From an uncultured Clostridium sp. (GTDB lineage: Bacteria > Bacillota_I > Bacilli_A > RF39 > UBA660): a stretch of 64,000 bases of DNA. Location: positions 40,164 through 104,163 of the forward strand of contig CANEGO010000001.1 of NCBI GenBank assembly GCA_947427095.1. Reading direction: 5' to 3'. The position numbers and the translations under genes were made by a program. Under the pieces are notes generated by a model. The model saw nothing but the letters and a program-made list of their open reading frames with translations, did not search any database and was not told where the DNA came from. Shown in pieces: positions 1-10,352 of this stretch (position 1 is the stretch's first letter; every line of letters begins with the position of its first letter).

Positions 1-2093
1 CCATAAAGAATCCCAAAGTTTACCGCCTTAGCTTGTCTTCTCATAAGGGATGTCACTTCATCTTCTTTAACATTAAATATATCCATTGCTGTACGGGTAT
101 GGATATCCATATCTTTTTTAAACGCCTCGATCCAGTTAGGAACCTTTGAGAAATGGGCGAAAACCCGAAGTTCTATTTGTGAGTAATCACTTGATAAGAG
201 GATACTATCTTTTTCGGCAACAAAGGCTTTTCTAATTAATTTACCATATGTAGTTCTAACTGGTATATTTTGAAGATTTGGTTCAATTGACGAAAGTCTT
301 CCCGTTCTAGTTAATGTTTGCGTATATATAGTATGAATTTTTCCATCCTCTAAGATGTTACCTTCAAGCCCTACTATATATGTACTTTGAAGTTTTGTAA
401 GCATCCGGTGTTCTAACACTAATGGAACCACTGGATGTCTATCCTTATATTTTTCTAGAATAGTTTTATCAGTAGAATAACCACTTCTAGTTTTCTTACC
501 CGTTCCTATTTTTAATTTTTCAAATAGAATTTCTCCCAACTGTTTTGGTGATGAAATATTAAATTTTTTGCCAACGAGTTCGTATATTTTATTTGATATT
601 TCCTCAATTTTACAGTCCAGTTCTTTATTCATTTCATATAAAACTGATTTATCAATCCTTATTCCTACATATTCCATTTCCCCTAAAACTATAGACAAAG
701 GCATCTCTATTTCATTAAATAAATAAATACAATCTTCTTTTTGCATTTCACTTAAAAGTTCGTCTTTTGTTTCAAAAATAAATTTTGCTTTATCAATTAC
801 TAACTTTTTTATTGTATCTTCATCTAACACTTTAGCCTTACTTATAACTTCATAAAAAGAAACATCATAACCAAATTGGTTCGCTAAGTAAGCAACGTCA
901 TCTTTGACGTTATAATTAAGCAGATAAGCAGCAACACTAGAATCAAAAGAAACGTTTTTTAAATCAAGACCTTGTTTTTTCATTGTAACATAATGTTTTT
1001 TCAAATCATACGTATATTTTTCCTTATCATTTATGTAGTTTAAGACATCATAAATTTTTTCCTTATAAACGTAATAGGCACAATTACCATCAAAAAGCCC
1101 CATTCCTAAAACATTTGCTAAATGATAGTTAGATTTATCGATTTCAATATAAAACGAAACTGGAAAAGAAATAGATTCGATATCTTTTAAAGATGATACT
1201 TCTTTAATATCTATCGCCTCTTTTTTTCTTTTAACTTTCATATTTTTTAAAAATGAATAAAATTCTAAATTTTCATATATCTTTTTTAACCCCTCTAAAT
1301 TACCTTTATCAATTAGTGTATCTTCAATACCAAAACCTAACGGAACCTCTTTATATATCGTAACTAAATCTTTACTTTCAAATGCTTTATCTCGTCCATT
1401 GATAAGTTTAGTGGCAACAGCACCCTTAATATATGCAAGATTATCATATACGTCCTCTAAGGAGCCAAAATCCTGAAGTAACTTTAAAGCTGTTTTTTCT
1501 CCGATTCCCTTAACACCTGGAATATTATCCGAAGTATCTCCTTGAAGGGCCTTTATATCAATCATTTTATCAGGGGTAAGGCCATATGTTTCAAAAAATG
1601 TTTCTTCTGTCATCATTACATAATCTTTTGATTTCAACAATTTCATAACAACTTTATCTGTTATTAACTGAAGTAAATCTTTATCGCTACTTACAATTAG
1701 TCCTTGGTAATCTGTAGATTTATCAATCATGCGTGCCATCGTTCCAACAATATCATCAGCTTCATAATTATCTATCTCAAACCATTTAATACCTAAATTG
1801 GTAAGGATTTCCTTTGCAACTGGAAATTGCTCTTTAAGCTCGTTTGGCATTTCAATCCTACCAGCTTTATAATCTTCATACTTATCATGACGAAAAGTTT
1901 TTCCTTTATCAAACGCAACAAGCATGTAAGAAGGATTTTCATCATTTATAATCTTGTTTATCATATTAACAAAACCGTATAATGCGTTTGTTGGAAAGCC
2001 TTTACTATTTTTCATAAAATTTCCTTGATACGCAGTTGCATAATAACTTCTAAATAATAAATTATTTCCATCAACTAATACTACTTTTTTCAT
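1..2093 (-). CDS. polA: DNA polymerase I (3' end runs off the window)
   Basis: Not in the ORF track. Manual translation from ATG 2093 gives MKKVVLVDGNNLLFRSYYA...YEADDIVGT (5'-3' exonuclease) and later QTLTRTGRLSS and DYSQIELR (polymerase motifs). Confidence 0.97.
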   Translation of the reverse strand, partial: MKKVVLVDGNNLLFRSYYATAYQGNFMKNSKGFPTNALYGFVNMINKIINDENPSYMLVAFDKGKTFRHDKYEDYKAGRIEMPNELKEQFPVAKEILTNLGIKWFEIDNYEADDIVGTMARMIDKSTDYQGLIVSSDKDLLQLITDKVVMKLLKSKDYVMMTEETFFETYGLTPDKMIDIKALQGDTSDNIPGVKGIGEKTALKLLQDFGSLEDVYDNLAYIKGAVATKLINGRDKAFESKDLVTIYKEVPLGFGIEDTLIDKGNLEGLKKIYENLEFYSFLKNMKVKRKKEAIDIKEVSSLKDIESISFPVSFYIEIDKSNYHLANVLGMGLFDGNCAYYVYKEKIYDVLNYINDKEKYTYDLKKHYVTMKKQGLDLKNVSFDSSVAAYLLNYNVKDDVAYLANQFGYDVSFYEVISKAKVLDEDTIKKLVIDKAKFIFETKDELLSEMQKEDCIYLFNEIEMPLSIVLGEMEYVGIRIDKSVLYEMNKELDCKIEEISNKIYELVGKKFNISSPKQLGEILFEKLKIGTGKKTRSGYSTDKTILEKYKDRHPVVPLVLEHRMLTKLQSTYIVGLEGNILEDGKIHTIYTQTLTRTGRLSSIEPNLQNIPVRTTYGKLIRKAFVAEKDSILLSSDYSQIELRVFAHFSKVPNWIEAFKKDMDIHTRTAMDIFNVKEDEVTSLMRRQAKAVNFGILY

Positions 2094-2122
2094 TTTTACC
2101 ACCTATGTTTATTATAACATCT

Positions 2123-2150
2123 AAAAAAGAGTTTTAATAAACTCTTTTTT
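2123..2150. terminator. Intrinsic terminator, possibly bidirectional
   Basis: aaaaaagagttt-taat-aaactctttttt hairpin directly after the stop of the 2149-3378 gene. Confidence 0.75.
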
Positions 2151-3378
2151 AAATTTGTGTATTATTTTGATTATTATTTGACCATAACGAAGTATGACCA
2201 CCATTAAAATCATTATTATTTTGTTTTTCTATGGATGCGTTTACATTATCATTCTGATCTAAAGTAACGTTTTGATTAATATTATTTTGACTATTTAATG
2301 TTTCACTTAGATTTTGGTTATTAACGGTTGAAGTATAAGTATAATTAGTTTGAGCTTGCTCATTAAAACCCTGTACTCCTTCTTCATTGTTTAATGTTTC
2401 AACCACATTATTAACAGAATTATTTAAAATATTTTCTTGTAAAGGACTGTTTGTCATGCTAGTTAAAGCATCATTTGAATTAATGTCATTAATTGGAACG
2501 TTATAATTATTTTGTAAATTAGCACCATAATCAGGTGTATTATCAAATGTACTGTTTAAACTACCGTTTGGTTCTACATTATTATCAAACATTGGAGCTT
2601 GATACATACCATCCGTTTTAGCCATATTTACAGAATTTCCTTCTGGTTCCACCTCTAACTTAGTAACATCTCCATTAAAAGTGCTACCATAACTTAATGG
2701 CTCCGATCTAATTTCATTAACCTCATTTAGATCGTTAACACTATTATTTGTAACAGTATTATCCTGAATCGGCATAACAGGCGCTGCCCCTATTCCGGCT
2801 AAATTAGTAAAATCGTTTACACTCCCATCTAGCCCACCAATACTTATGTTTGTTTTTTCCAAATCTACGTTTTCTACATCACTATTTTGTAACGTGTTAA
2901 CATTATTTATAGTAGCATCATTTATACTACTAGCTTGAGTATTTTCATTTGCATAAATATCCTCTTGTATTGGATTAGCATTTTTGGAAAAAGCTAACAT
3001 TGGAAAAAATACTATTGGTAAAAATATCATTCCGATTGTGTATCCAGTGTCTTTTCCAAACTTTTTAGCAACCGCATCATATATTACATACATTGCGTAT
3101 ATATTTGCTAATGGAACACAAAGTAAAAGTATGTACCACCACTGTTTTTCCGCTATTTCGCAACATAAAACGTATACGTTATAAAACGGTACAATAGCAG
3201 CCCATCCTGGTTTTCCCAATTTTTTAAACACTTTCCACATGGAAATAATCATAAGCACAGAAGCCGCCATAGCAATTATCCATACGATTATCATAAATAT
3301 TAACATTCCACCAACCAAACCGGAAGCAGAAGCCGCATTATAACCATAAGACGTATCAACATAATAACTTGTATCCAT
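2149..3378 (-). CDS. DUF5684-like membrane protein with long Asn-rich low-complexity tail
   Basis: MWKVFKKLGKPGWAAIVPFYN motif and several TM helices, followed by about 270 aa of N/Q/D-rich sequence; RBS GGAGG. Confidence 0.75.
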   Translation of the reverse strand: MDTSYYVDTSYGYNAASASGLVGGMLIFMIIVWIIAMAASVLMIISMWKVFKKLGKPGWAAIVPFYNVYVLCCEIAEKQWWYILLLCVPLANIYAMYVIYDAVAKKFGKDTGYTIGMIFLPIVFFPMLAFSKNANPIQEDIYANENTQASSINDATINNVNTLQNSDVENVDLEKTNISIGGLDGSVNDFTNLAGIGAAPVMPIQDNTVTNNSVNDLNEVNEIRSEPLSYGSTFNGDVTKLEVEPEGNSVNMAKTDGMYQAPMFDNNVEPNGSLNSTFDNTPDYGANLQNNYNVPINDINSNDALTSMTNSPLQENILNNSVNNVVETLNNEEGVQGFNEQAQTNYTYTSTVNNQNLSETLNSQNNINQNVTLDQNDNVNASIEKQNNNDFNGGHTSLWSNNNQNNTQI

Positions 3379-3487
3379 TTTTATCCCTCCTATTTTATTT
3401 AATTATATAATTTTTAAAAGCTATTATCAATAAAATAATGTATAATTTACCATTATTTACAAAAAATATACTGAAAGGGATGAAAAA

Positions 3488-3697
3488 ATGAATAACATTA
3501 GCATAAGAGAGTACATAACCAGTAGTTTTAAAGGTGATAATGAAAATGAGATAAAAGAATCAATTGAAGATTCAATTAAAGAGGGATTAGAAGAAGCTTT
3601 ACCTGGTCTTGGTGTATTTATGGAAATAATATGGAAAAACGCTTCCGAAGACTTAAAAAAAGAGCTTTTAGATATTCTAAAAACTCATTTGAATTAA
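3488..3697 (+). CDS. sspI: Small acid-soluble spore protein SspI
   Basis: IEDSI...EEALPGLGVFMEIIW signature; RBS AAAGGGA. Confidence 0.88.
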   Translation: MNNISIREYITSSFKGDNENEIKESIEDSIKEGLEEALPGLGVFMEIIWKNASEDLKKELLDILKTHLN

Positions 3698-6063
3698 TTA
3701 TCTCTTAAAGTTGCTGGAATACTTTCAGTAACTTTTTTTATTATGTTATTAAAGCTTTCCATAACTTCTTCTTCTGTTAATGTTTTTTTATCATCTTGGA
3801 AATATAACGAGAATGCTAAAGATTTTTTACCTACACCTACGTTATCACCAACATAAATATCAAATAACTCTTGATTTATAAGGTTTCTTCCACCTGCTTT
3901 TTTAATTTCTTTCATTACGCTTTCAACCGTCACATTATTATCAACGATAAATGCAACGTCCTTTTTAACGATAGGATACTTAGGGATTTCTTTAAATGAC
4001 ATTCTGGTTCCTCTATTAGAAAGTAACTTAGTTAAGTTAAGTTCAAATACGTATACGTCGTCTTTTATTACGTTTGGATGAAGTTTACCAATAACTCCAA
4101 CTTTTTTACCTTGCATAAGTATGCTTGCACTTTGTCCTGGATGTAGTTCTTCTGGAACATCACTAACATTTAAACTATATCTTCCGTTATATCCTAAGTA
4201 ATCTAGTAGTTCTTCTAAAACACCCTTAATTGTATAAAAATCTACTTTAGTATTATTAATATCTAAATAATAATCTCCAGTCATTAAAACAGCAAGCTTT
4301 AAATCTTCTTTATAACAATCATTTTCTTTGTAGAAACCTTTACCTACTTCAAATATAGAAATATCACTATTGTTGCGTGCTTTATTATATAAATAAATTT
4401 CTTTTAATGAATAAAGAAGGCTATATCTTAAAGTATTTCTATCTTCACTCATTGGATCATTTAAAGTTATTTCCGTAAAATCTTCAGTAGTAAATTTATG
4501 TGCTTCAGAGTTAGGTATAAGACTATAACTTAAAGTTTCGTTTAAACCTAAGTTTATTAATTTGTTTTTTATTTCCCTTTTAGTTCTATCAAAATGACTA
4601 TTAACTAGTTTTAAAACCGGAAGTTTACCCTTAATATTATCCATTCCGTAAATTCTTCCAACTTCTTCGATTAAGTCTTCAACGATTGAAATATCAAGTC
4701 TTCTTGTTGGAACCGTAACAGTTAGATAATCATCCTTATCTTCTACTTTAAATGCTAGTGATTTTAGTATTTCTATAACTTCATTTTTTGGAATACTTAT
4801 TCCCAAAACCTTATCTATTTTTTCTAACTTAATATCAATTACTTTTTCATTCTTACTTGTTTTATCATATTTAACCATGCCATCTAATACAGTTCCACAA
4901 GCATATTTTTCAAGCAAAGCACAACTTCTTTCAATAGCCATGTAAGTTCTATTTGGATCAAGACCTTTTTCAAACCTATTAGATGCTTCACTTCTAAGTA
5001 TCTTCTTAGATGTTCTTCTTATTTTAACTTTATCAAATATAGCAGATTCAATTATTATATCCGTTGTAGAAGGTTCTACCTCGGTAGATAATCCTCCCAT
5101 AACACCTGCTAAGCCTACTGCTTTTTCTTTGTCTGATATTACTATATCATCAGTTGTTAACGTTCTTTCTATACCATCTAAAGTAGTTAGTTTTTCACCA
5201 TCATTTGCATTTCTAACAATTAAAGTATCACCAAGTGATTTAGCATCGTAATAATGAAGTGGTTGACCTGTTTCAAGCATAACGTAGTTTGATATATCAA
5301 CAACGTTGTTTATTGGTCTAATACCTGATGCAATAAGCCTTTCTTTAATAAAATCAGGGCTTTCTTTTATAACAACGTTCTTAACTTTTTTAGCTAAAAA
5401 TATAGGACAATCACCAGTTTTTACTTCAACTTTAAATTCATCATTAACATTTTCATCATTATGTGTATAACTTAAATCAATTTCTTTTACATCTTTTTTA
5501 TATATTGCACCTAATTCATAAGCCATACCTAAGATGCTAAGTAAATCACCTCTATTAGAAGTAAGTTCAAAATCAATTACTTCATCATCTAGGTTTAATG
5601 CTTTTATAGCATCAGTACCAATTTCAGCATTATCTGGTAATTCATGAATTCCGGTTTTATCTTTTTCTTCTAAGAATTTATTATCAAGACCTAGTTCCGC
5701 TTTAGAGCAAAGCATTCCATTTGATTCTACGCCTCTTATCATTCCTTTTTTTATTTCACCACCAGGTAAAATAGCGCCAGCAAGTGCAACTACTACTTTG
5801 ATACCGCATCTTACGTTAGGAGCACCACATACGATGTTTAAAACTTCACTTCCAACGTTTACCATGCAAACATGTAAATGATCGCTATCAGGATGATTAG
5901 TGCACTCTATTACCTCACCTACAACTAGGTTTGTACAATTAATTAGTTTTCCAGCATAATCATATTCATTACCAACACTTGTCATATCTTCAGCAATTTG
6001 TTCTACCTTCAAGTCTTCTGGTAAATCTATATAATCACTAACAAATCTTCTAGATAATTTCAT
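3694..6063 (-). CDS. pheT: Phenylalanine-tRNA ligase beta subunit
   Basis: tRNA-binding OB domain (HPDSDHL, IVCGAPN), B3/B4, B5 and FDX-ACB domains; follows pheS. Confidence 0.98.
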   Translation of the reverse strand: MKLSRRFVSDYIDLPEDLKVEQIAEDMTSVGNEYDYAGKLINCTNLVVGEVIECTNHPDSDHLHVCMVNVGSEVLNIVCGAPNVRCGIKVVVALAGAILPGGEIKKGMIRGVESNGMLCSKAELGLDNKFLEEKDKTGIHELPDNAEIGTDAIKALNLDDEVIDFELTSNRGDLLSILGMAYELGAIYKKDVKEIDLSYTHNDENVNDEFKVEVKTGDCPIFLAKKVKNVVIKESPDFIKERLIASGIRPINNVVDISNYVMLETGQPLHYYDAKSLGDTLIVRNANDGEKLTTLDGIERTLTTDDIVISDKEKAVGLAGVMGGLSTEVEPSTTDIIIESAIFDKVKIRRTSKKILRSEASNRFEKGLDPNRTYMAIERSCALLEKYACGTVLDGMVKYDKTSKNEKVIDIKLEKIDKVLGISIPKNEVIEILKSLAFKVEDKDDYLTVTVPTRRLDISIVEDLIEEVGRIYGMDNIKGKLPVLKLVNSHFDRTKREIKNKLINLGLNETLSYSLIPNSEAHKFTTEDFTEITLNDPMSEDRNTLRYSLLYSLKEIYLYNKARNNSDISIFEVGKGFYKENDCYKEDLKLAVLMTGDYYLDINNTKVDFYTIKGVLEELLDYLGYNGRYSLNVSDVPEELHPGQSASILMQGKKVGVIGKLHPNVIKDDVYVFELNLTKLLSNRGTRMSFKEIPKYPIVKKDVAFIVDNNVTVESVMKEIKKAGGRNLINQELFDIYVGDNVGVGKKSLAFSLYFQDDKKTLTEEEVMESFNNIIKKVTESIPATLRDN

Positions 6064-7112
6064 TATTCATCATCCTTTCTATCAAATTGGGTTAAGAACC
6101 TAATATCATTTTGATATATCGTTCTAATATCAGTTATTCCATATTTAAACATGGCAAATCTATCCATTCCGGTACCAAATGCGAAGCCTTGGTACTTAGT
6201 GCTGTCATACCCACTCATCTCTAAAACGTTTGGATGAACCATTCCAGCACCTAGTACTTCTATCCAACCAGTCCCCTTACATAATGGGCAACCTTTTCCA
6301 CCACATTTAAAGCAAGTTACGTCAACTTCTACTGATGGTTCTGTAAATGGGAAGTAACTCGGTCTAAATCTTACCTTAGTTTTTTCACCTAATATTGTTT
6401 TACAAAATAACTCTAGTGTTCCTTTTAAATCTGCCATTGAAACATCTTCATCTATTACAAGTCCTTCTATTTGCATGAATTGATGTGAATGGGTTGCATC
6501 TTCATCTCTTCTGTATACTTTTCCAGGGCAAACTATTCTAAGTGGTCCCTTATCTTTATTTTCTTCCATCGCACGAACTTGTGCAGTAGATGTTTGGCTT
6601 CTTAATAAATAGTTTTCAAACTCATCTTTTAAATAAAACGTATCTTGCGCATCTCTTGCAGCATGTCCCTTTGGTAAATTTAATTTTTGGAAACAGTTTT
6701 CATCACTTTCAATTTCAGGCCCATCATAAATTGTATATCCCATTGACAAGAATAAATCTTCAAACTTTTCTTCTATTCTAGTCATAGGGTGTTTAGAACC
6801 ACGTTTTATTCTTTTACTTGGTACTGTTACGTCTATCTTTTCACTTTCTAATTTTCTATTCAACTCTGCAGTTTCCAACTCTTTTTTCTTTTCTTCCAAA
6901 GAATTAGTAACAAGACACCTTACCTCGTTAACAAGCATACCAAACTCTTTTTTTTGCTCACTTGGAATATCTTTCATCATTTTAGAAAGCTCTGTTATCT
7001 TACCTTGTTTACCTAGATATTCTACCCTTATATCATTTAAAGTCTTCATATCGTTAATTGTTAAAACGTCTTTTTCAAAAGCTTCTTTAATTACGTTTAC
7101 TTTTTCATTCAT
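6063..7112 (-). CDS. pheS: Phenylalanine-tRNA ligase alpha subunit
   Basis: RFRPSYFPFTEPS, GAGMVHP and GFAFG motifs. Confidence 0.99.
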   Translation of the reverse strand: MNEKVNVIKEAFEKDVLTINDMKTLNDIRVEYLGKQGKITELSKMMKDIPSEQKKEFGMLVNEVRCLVTNSLEEKKKELETAELNRKLESEKIDVTVPSKRIKRGSKHPMTRIEEKFEDLFLSMGYTIYDGPEIESDENCFQKLNLPKGHAARDAQDTFYLKDEFENYLLRSQTSTAQVRAMEENKDKGPLRIVCPGKVYRRDEDATHSHQFMQIEGLVIDEDVSMADLKGTLELFCKTILGEKTKVRFRPSYFPFTEPSVEVDVTCFKCGGKGCPLCKGTGWIEVLGAGMVHPNVLEMSGYDSTKYQGFAFGTGMDRFAMFKYGITDIRTIYQNDIRFLTQFDRKDDE

Positions 7113-7124
7113 AGCATTTCCTCC

Positions 7125-7350
7125 TCTACTAAAAAAAATCTATGATAACAAGGGCGAAAATATTTTCCGTGGTACCACCTTGCTTCATAGATTTCTATGC
7201 ACTTTATTTTCTTGTAACGTAAGATATACGTGATAACTTTAGGTTATCCAGCTCCAAAGCGAATTCATAAGATATTACTATTAGTTTCCACCAGCCACTA
7301 ATTCTCTATAAGCTTTTTTCTTATTACTACTCTTCTTCACTGCCTTTAAC
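7125..7350 (-). promoter_or_regulatory. T-box riboswitch (Phe)
   Basis: Minus strand has the AGAGA and GGTGGAA stem-I elements, the specifier GAA-UUC (Phe; codon at 7261-7263), the T-box AAGGTGGTACCACGG and a terminator hairpin with U-tract before pheS. Confidence 0.93.
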
Positions 7351-7358
7351 TAAAATTT

Positions 7359-7386
7359 ATTATACCATATTAAAAGCCTTTGTCAA
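7359..7386 (-). promoter_or_regulatory. Sigma-A promoter of the pheST leader
   Basis: TTGACA-16 bp-TATAAT with extended TG. Confidence 0.85.
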
Positions 7387-7461
7387 ATATTAACTTGGAC
7401 TGTTTAATAGCCTTTTTAATAGCTATAGATTATCTTACAAACAAAAAAACGATTTAATTTT

Positions 7462-8136
7462 TTATAAATCATTTTTTACTTTCTTTACATCACTAATATT
7501 TCCAGCTGTATCCACCACTCTTACATATTTTATATTAAATAATTCTTTATTTATGGTAGCTGATTTTCCAGAAATATTTTCTTCTTCCCAATTAATACCA
7601 TCATAAGAATACTGAATACTTGATAAACCCGTATTATCCGATGCTAAAATACTTAATTTATCAAAATTAACATCAATTTTTAACGTAGGGGTTTCCTTGT
7701 CTATTTTAACTAATGCTTCATATACATAGCTTTGATAACCTTTTTCGTTTTCCACTTTAACGTATACTGTCTTATTCATGGTTTTAGTAAACAGTAACTT
7801 AATATTAGCCTCTTTACCATAATTGGCCTCGTAAACATCATCATACCAAGTCTTTTTATCATACGAGTAATAAACTTTATCTATTTTATACATACTTTCT
7901 GCAAAAACAGTTAAAACGACATCCTCATTAACTAACCTATCACCACTAGAATTAATAACCATTGTTATAACAGGATAATAACTACTATTAGCGTTTTGAT
8001 TTAAGTCTTTAGACATCTTATTTAGACTAGCCTTTATTTTATTAGTTGTTCCACTAATGAATAAGAAATAACTAGTTAAGATTATAAACATTGAAAGTAG
8101 AAATAAAACTAAAATATTTTTCTTATCCTTCTTCAT
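7462..8136 (-). CDS. Membrane-anchored extracellular protein with two Ig-like beta repeats
   Basis: N-terminal TM segment; repeated Y-S-Y-D-x-x-x-W motif (YYSYDKKTW, QYSYDGINW). Confidence 0.6.
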   Translation of the reverse strand: MKKDKKNILVLFLLSMFIILTSYFLFISGTTNKIKASLNKMSKDLNQNANSSYYPVITMVINSSGDRLVNEDVVLTVFAESMYKIDKVYYSYDKKTWYDDVYEANYGKEANIKLLFTKTMNKTVYVKVENEKGYQSYVYEALVKIDKETPTLKIDVNFDKLSILASDNTGLSSIQYSYDGINWEEENISGKSATINKELFNIKYVRVVDTAGNISDVKKVKNDL

Positions 8137-8211
8137 AAAAGCCCTCCTAGTCTAATACAATTATACTTTCTTTTTACTAAAAAAACAATAACTTTATTGT
8201 TATTGTTTTTG

Positions 8212-8757
8212 TTATATTTCCATAAGCTCGTTTTCCTTTGTTTTTAACTTATCATCTACTATTTTATTATAATTAGCAATTAAATCTTGAACATCTTCCA
8301 TCGCTCTTTTTTGATTATCTTCAGGTATTTCCAATTTTTTAATGTCACCATTAGCATCCTGTCTTATGTTTCTAAGCGCTATTTTAGCATCTTCCGCTAA
8401 AGACTTAGCTTCTTTTACGTATTCCTTTCTTCTTTCCTCGGTAAGCTCTGGAATAACAAGCATAACCGTTTCTCCATTATTATTAGGTGTAAGACCAATA
8501 TTAGCTTCAAATATAGCCTTTTCTATTGCTCCTATACTACTTCTATCAAATGGTTTAATAACAAGTTTTCTAGCTTCTGGAACCGATATTGTAGCAAGTT
8601 GGATAAGTGGCGTTGGGGCTCCATAATACTCAACTGTTACTTTATCTAAGATTTTTGGATTAGCACGGCCTGCACGAACGTTTAAAAATCTATTTTCCAT
8701 AATCTGGATTGCTTTTTGCATCTTATCTTCAGTTTCTAATAAAATATCGTCAGTCAT
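8212..8757 (-). CDS. frr: Ribosome recycling factor
   Basis: RAGRANP, V.YYG.PTPL and PELTEERRKE motifs. Confidence 0.98.
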   Translation of the reverse strand: MTDDILLETEDKMQKAIQIMENRFLNVRAGRANPKILDKVTVEYYGAPTPLIQLATISVPEARKLVIKPFDRSSIGAIEKAIFEANIGLTPNNNGETVMLVIPELTEERRKEYVKEAKSLAEDAKIALRNIRQDANGDIKKLEIPEDNQKRAMEDVQDLIANYNKIVDDKLKTKENELMEI

Positions 8758-8843
8758 TATATCCCTCTTTCATAAATATATTATAAATAAAAAAAGACTT
8801 TGTGACAAGCCTTTTTAATCAATAAACTAACTTATTAAAATAA

Positions 8844-9422
8844 TTATTTAACTTCCTCATTCGTTTTTTCTATTAACATTTTATCAATCAAACTCAAAAA
8901 GCTACTTTTTAAGTTTGATTTTTCTTCTTCCGTTAATATTTCTTCGGCATCAGAAGATAAAACCCCAACGTATACACCTATTATGTTACCATTATTTACG
9001 AAAACAATGGTTGGTGCTTTAATTTTACTTTTCTCCTCATCATCTTTTATATAATCTGATAATACGTTAGTTAATTTTCTATATTCATCAGTGTTATTTT
9101 CTCTTATATCTTTAAAATTATAATATAATATTTCGTCTATGTTTTTTTCTTTGGCAGCCTTGTTTAGCACTGGAACTATTTTTGTACATAAATCGCAACT
9201 TGGAAAACCTAAATATATAATTCCACTACCACTTTCTATGGTATCCATAACGTTATCATAAGTTGCATACACGTAAATATTATTATTATCATTTAATTCA
9301 TATTCTTTACTAAACCTTATGGCATCAGTTTTTGTATCATCTTCTACCTTTGTAACCTCAACCATATTACAACCCGCTAAAACTAACAAAAAAGTTAGTA
9401 ATAACGCCACTAACTTTTTCAT
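8844..9422 (-). CDS. Thioredoxin-fold lipoprotein
   Basis: Lipobox LAGC, GFPSCDLC (CxxC) and cis-Pro motif APTIVFV. Confidence 0.75.
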   Translation of the reverse strand: MKKLVALLLTFLLVLAGCNMVEVTKVEDDTKTDAIRFSKEYELNDNNNIYVYATYDNVMDTIESGSGIIYLGFPSCDLCTKIVPVLNKAAKEKNIDEILYYNFKDIRENNTDEYRKLTNVLSDYIKDDEEKSKIKAPTIVFVNNGNIIGVYVGVLSSDAEEILTEEEKSNLKSSFLSLIDKMLIEKTNEEVK

Positions 9423-9424
9423 TT

Positions 9425-10297
9425 TTATTCACCATTCATCTGAGCAGCTACTTCTTCAGCAAAGTTTTCTTGACGTTTTTCTAGACCTTCACCAACTTCG
9501 TATCTAATAACATCAATAATTTTACCACCATTATTACTTACAAACTTACCTACAGTAACAGAGTTATCCTTAACAAATTCTTGTTCCTCAAGACAAATTT
9601 CTTTATAATACTTGTTAATTCTTCCCATAACCATCTTTTCAGCAATATTAGCTGGTTTACCTTCTCTAATAGCCTCTTCAGTTAAAATTTTCTTTTCATT
9701 TTCTACTTGATCAGCTGGAACTTGTTCTTTAGTTACATATTCTGGACGCATTGCAGCTGCATGCATACAAACGTCTTTAGCAACATTTTCCGATGCGCCT
9801 TTTATCAATGACAAAACAGAGATTTTACCACCCATATGGATGTAAGAACCAAAATTTTCATCATCACTTTTTTCAAGTAACGTAAATCTTCTAAATGAAA
9901 TTTTTTCTCCAATTGTTGCAGTCATAGAAGTAACATAATCATTTAAAGTTCCTTGTTCACAATCTAATGATAAAGCTTCTTCATTTGTTTTCGCATTACT
10001 ATTTAAAATAGTTGTTGCAACATCATCCATGAATTTTTGAAACTTTTCATTTTTTGCAACAAAGTCAGTTTCACAGTTAATTTCTAGAATAACTGCCTTA
10101 TTACCTTCTATTTTAATGGTTGATAAACCTTCAGCAGCAATTCTACCTGCTTTTTTAGCAGCCTTAGCAATACCTTTTTCTCTTAGCCATTCAGTAGCTT
10201 TCTTAATATCATTATCATTTTCTTCTAAAGCCTTTTTGCAATCCATCATTCCAGCTCCAGAAATATCTCTTAATTCTTTAATTAAACTTGCGTTCAT
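9425..10297 (-). CDS. tsf: Elongation factor Ts
   Basis: GAGMMDCKKAL and NCETDFVA motifs. Confidence 0.99.
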   Translation of the reverse strand: MNASLIKELRDISGAGMMDCKKALEENDNDIKKATEWLREKGIAKAAKKAGRIAAEGLSTIKIEGNKAVILEINCETDFVAKNEKFQKFMDDVATTILNSNAKTNEEALSLDCEQGTLNDYVTSMTATIGEKISFRRFTLLEKSDDENFGSYIHMGGKISVLSLIKGASENVAKDVCMHAAAMRPEYVTKEQVPADQVENEKKILTEEAIREGKPANIAEKMVMGRINKYYKEICLEEQEFVKDNSVTVGKFVSNNGGKIIDVIRYEVGEGLEKRQENFAEEVAAQMNGE

Positions 10298-10352
10298 ATC
10301 CTTCTTCTCCTTTTATAATTAAAGATGATTTTTATAAATCATCTTATGTTAA

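Noticed and set aside
2149-2960. Asn-rich tail as a tandem repeat or CRISPR-like array
   Set aside because: It is low complexity without a regular repeat unit, and no repeat-spacer array was seen anywhere in the window.
3430-3480. Sigma-G promoter for sspI
   Set aside because: The GTATA and TATACTG elements are about 22 bp apart, too long for the consensus.
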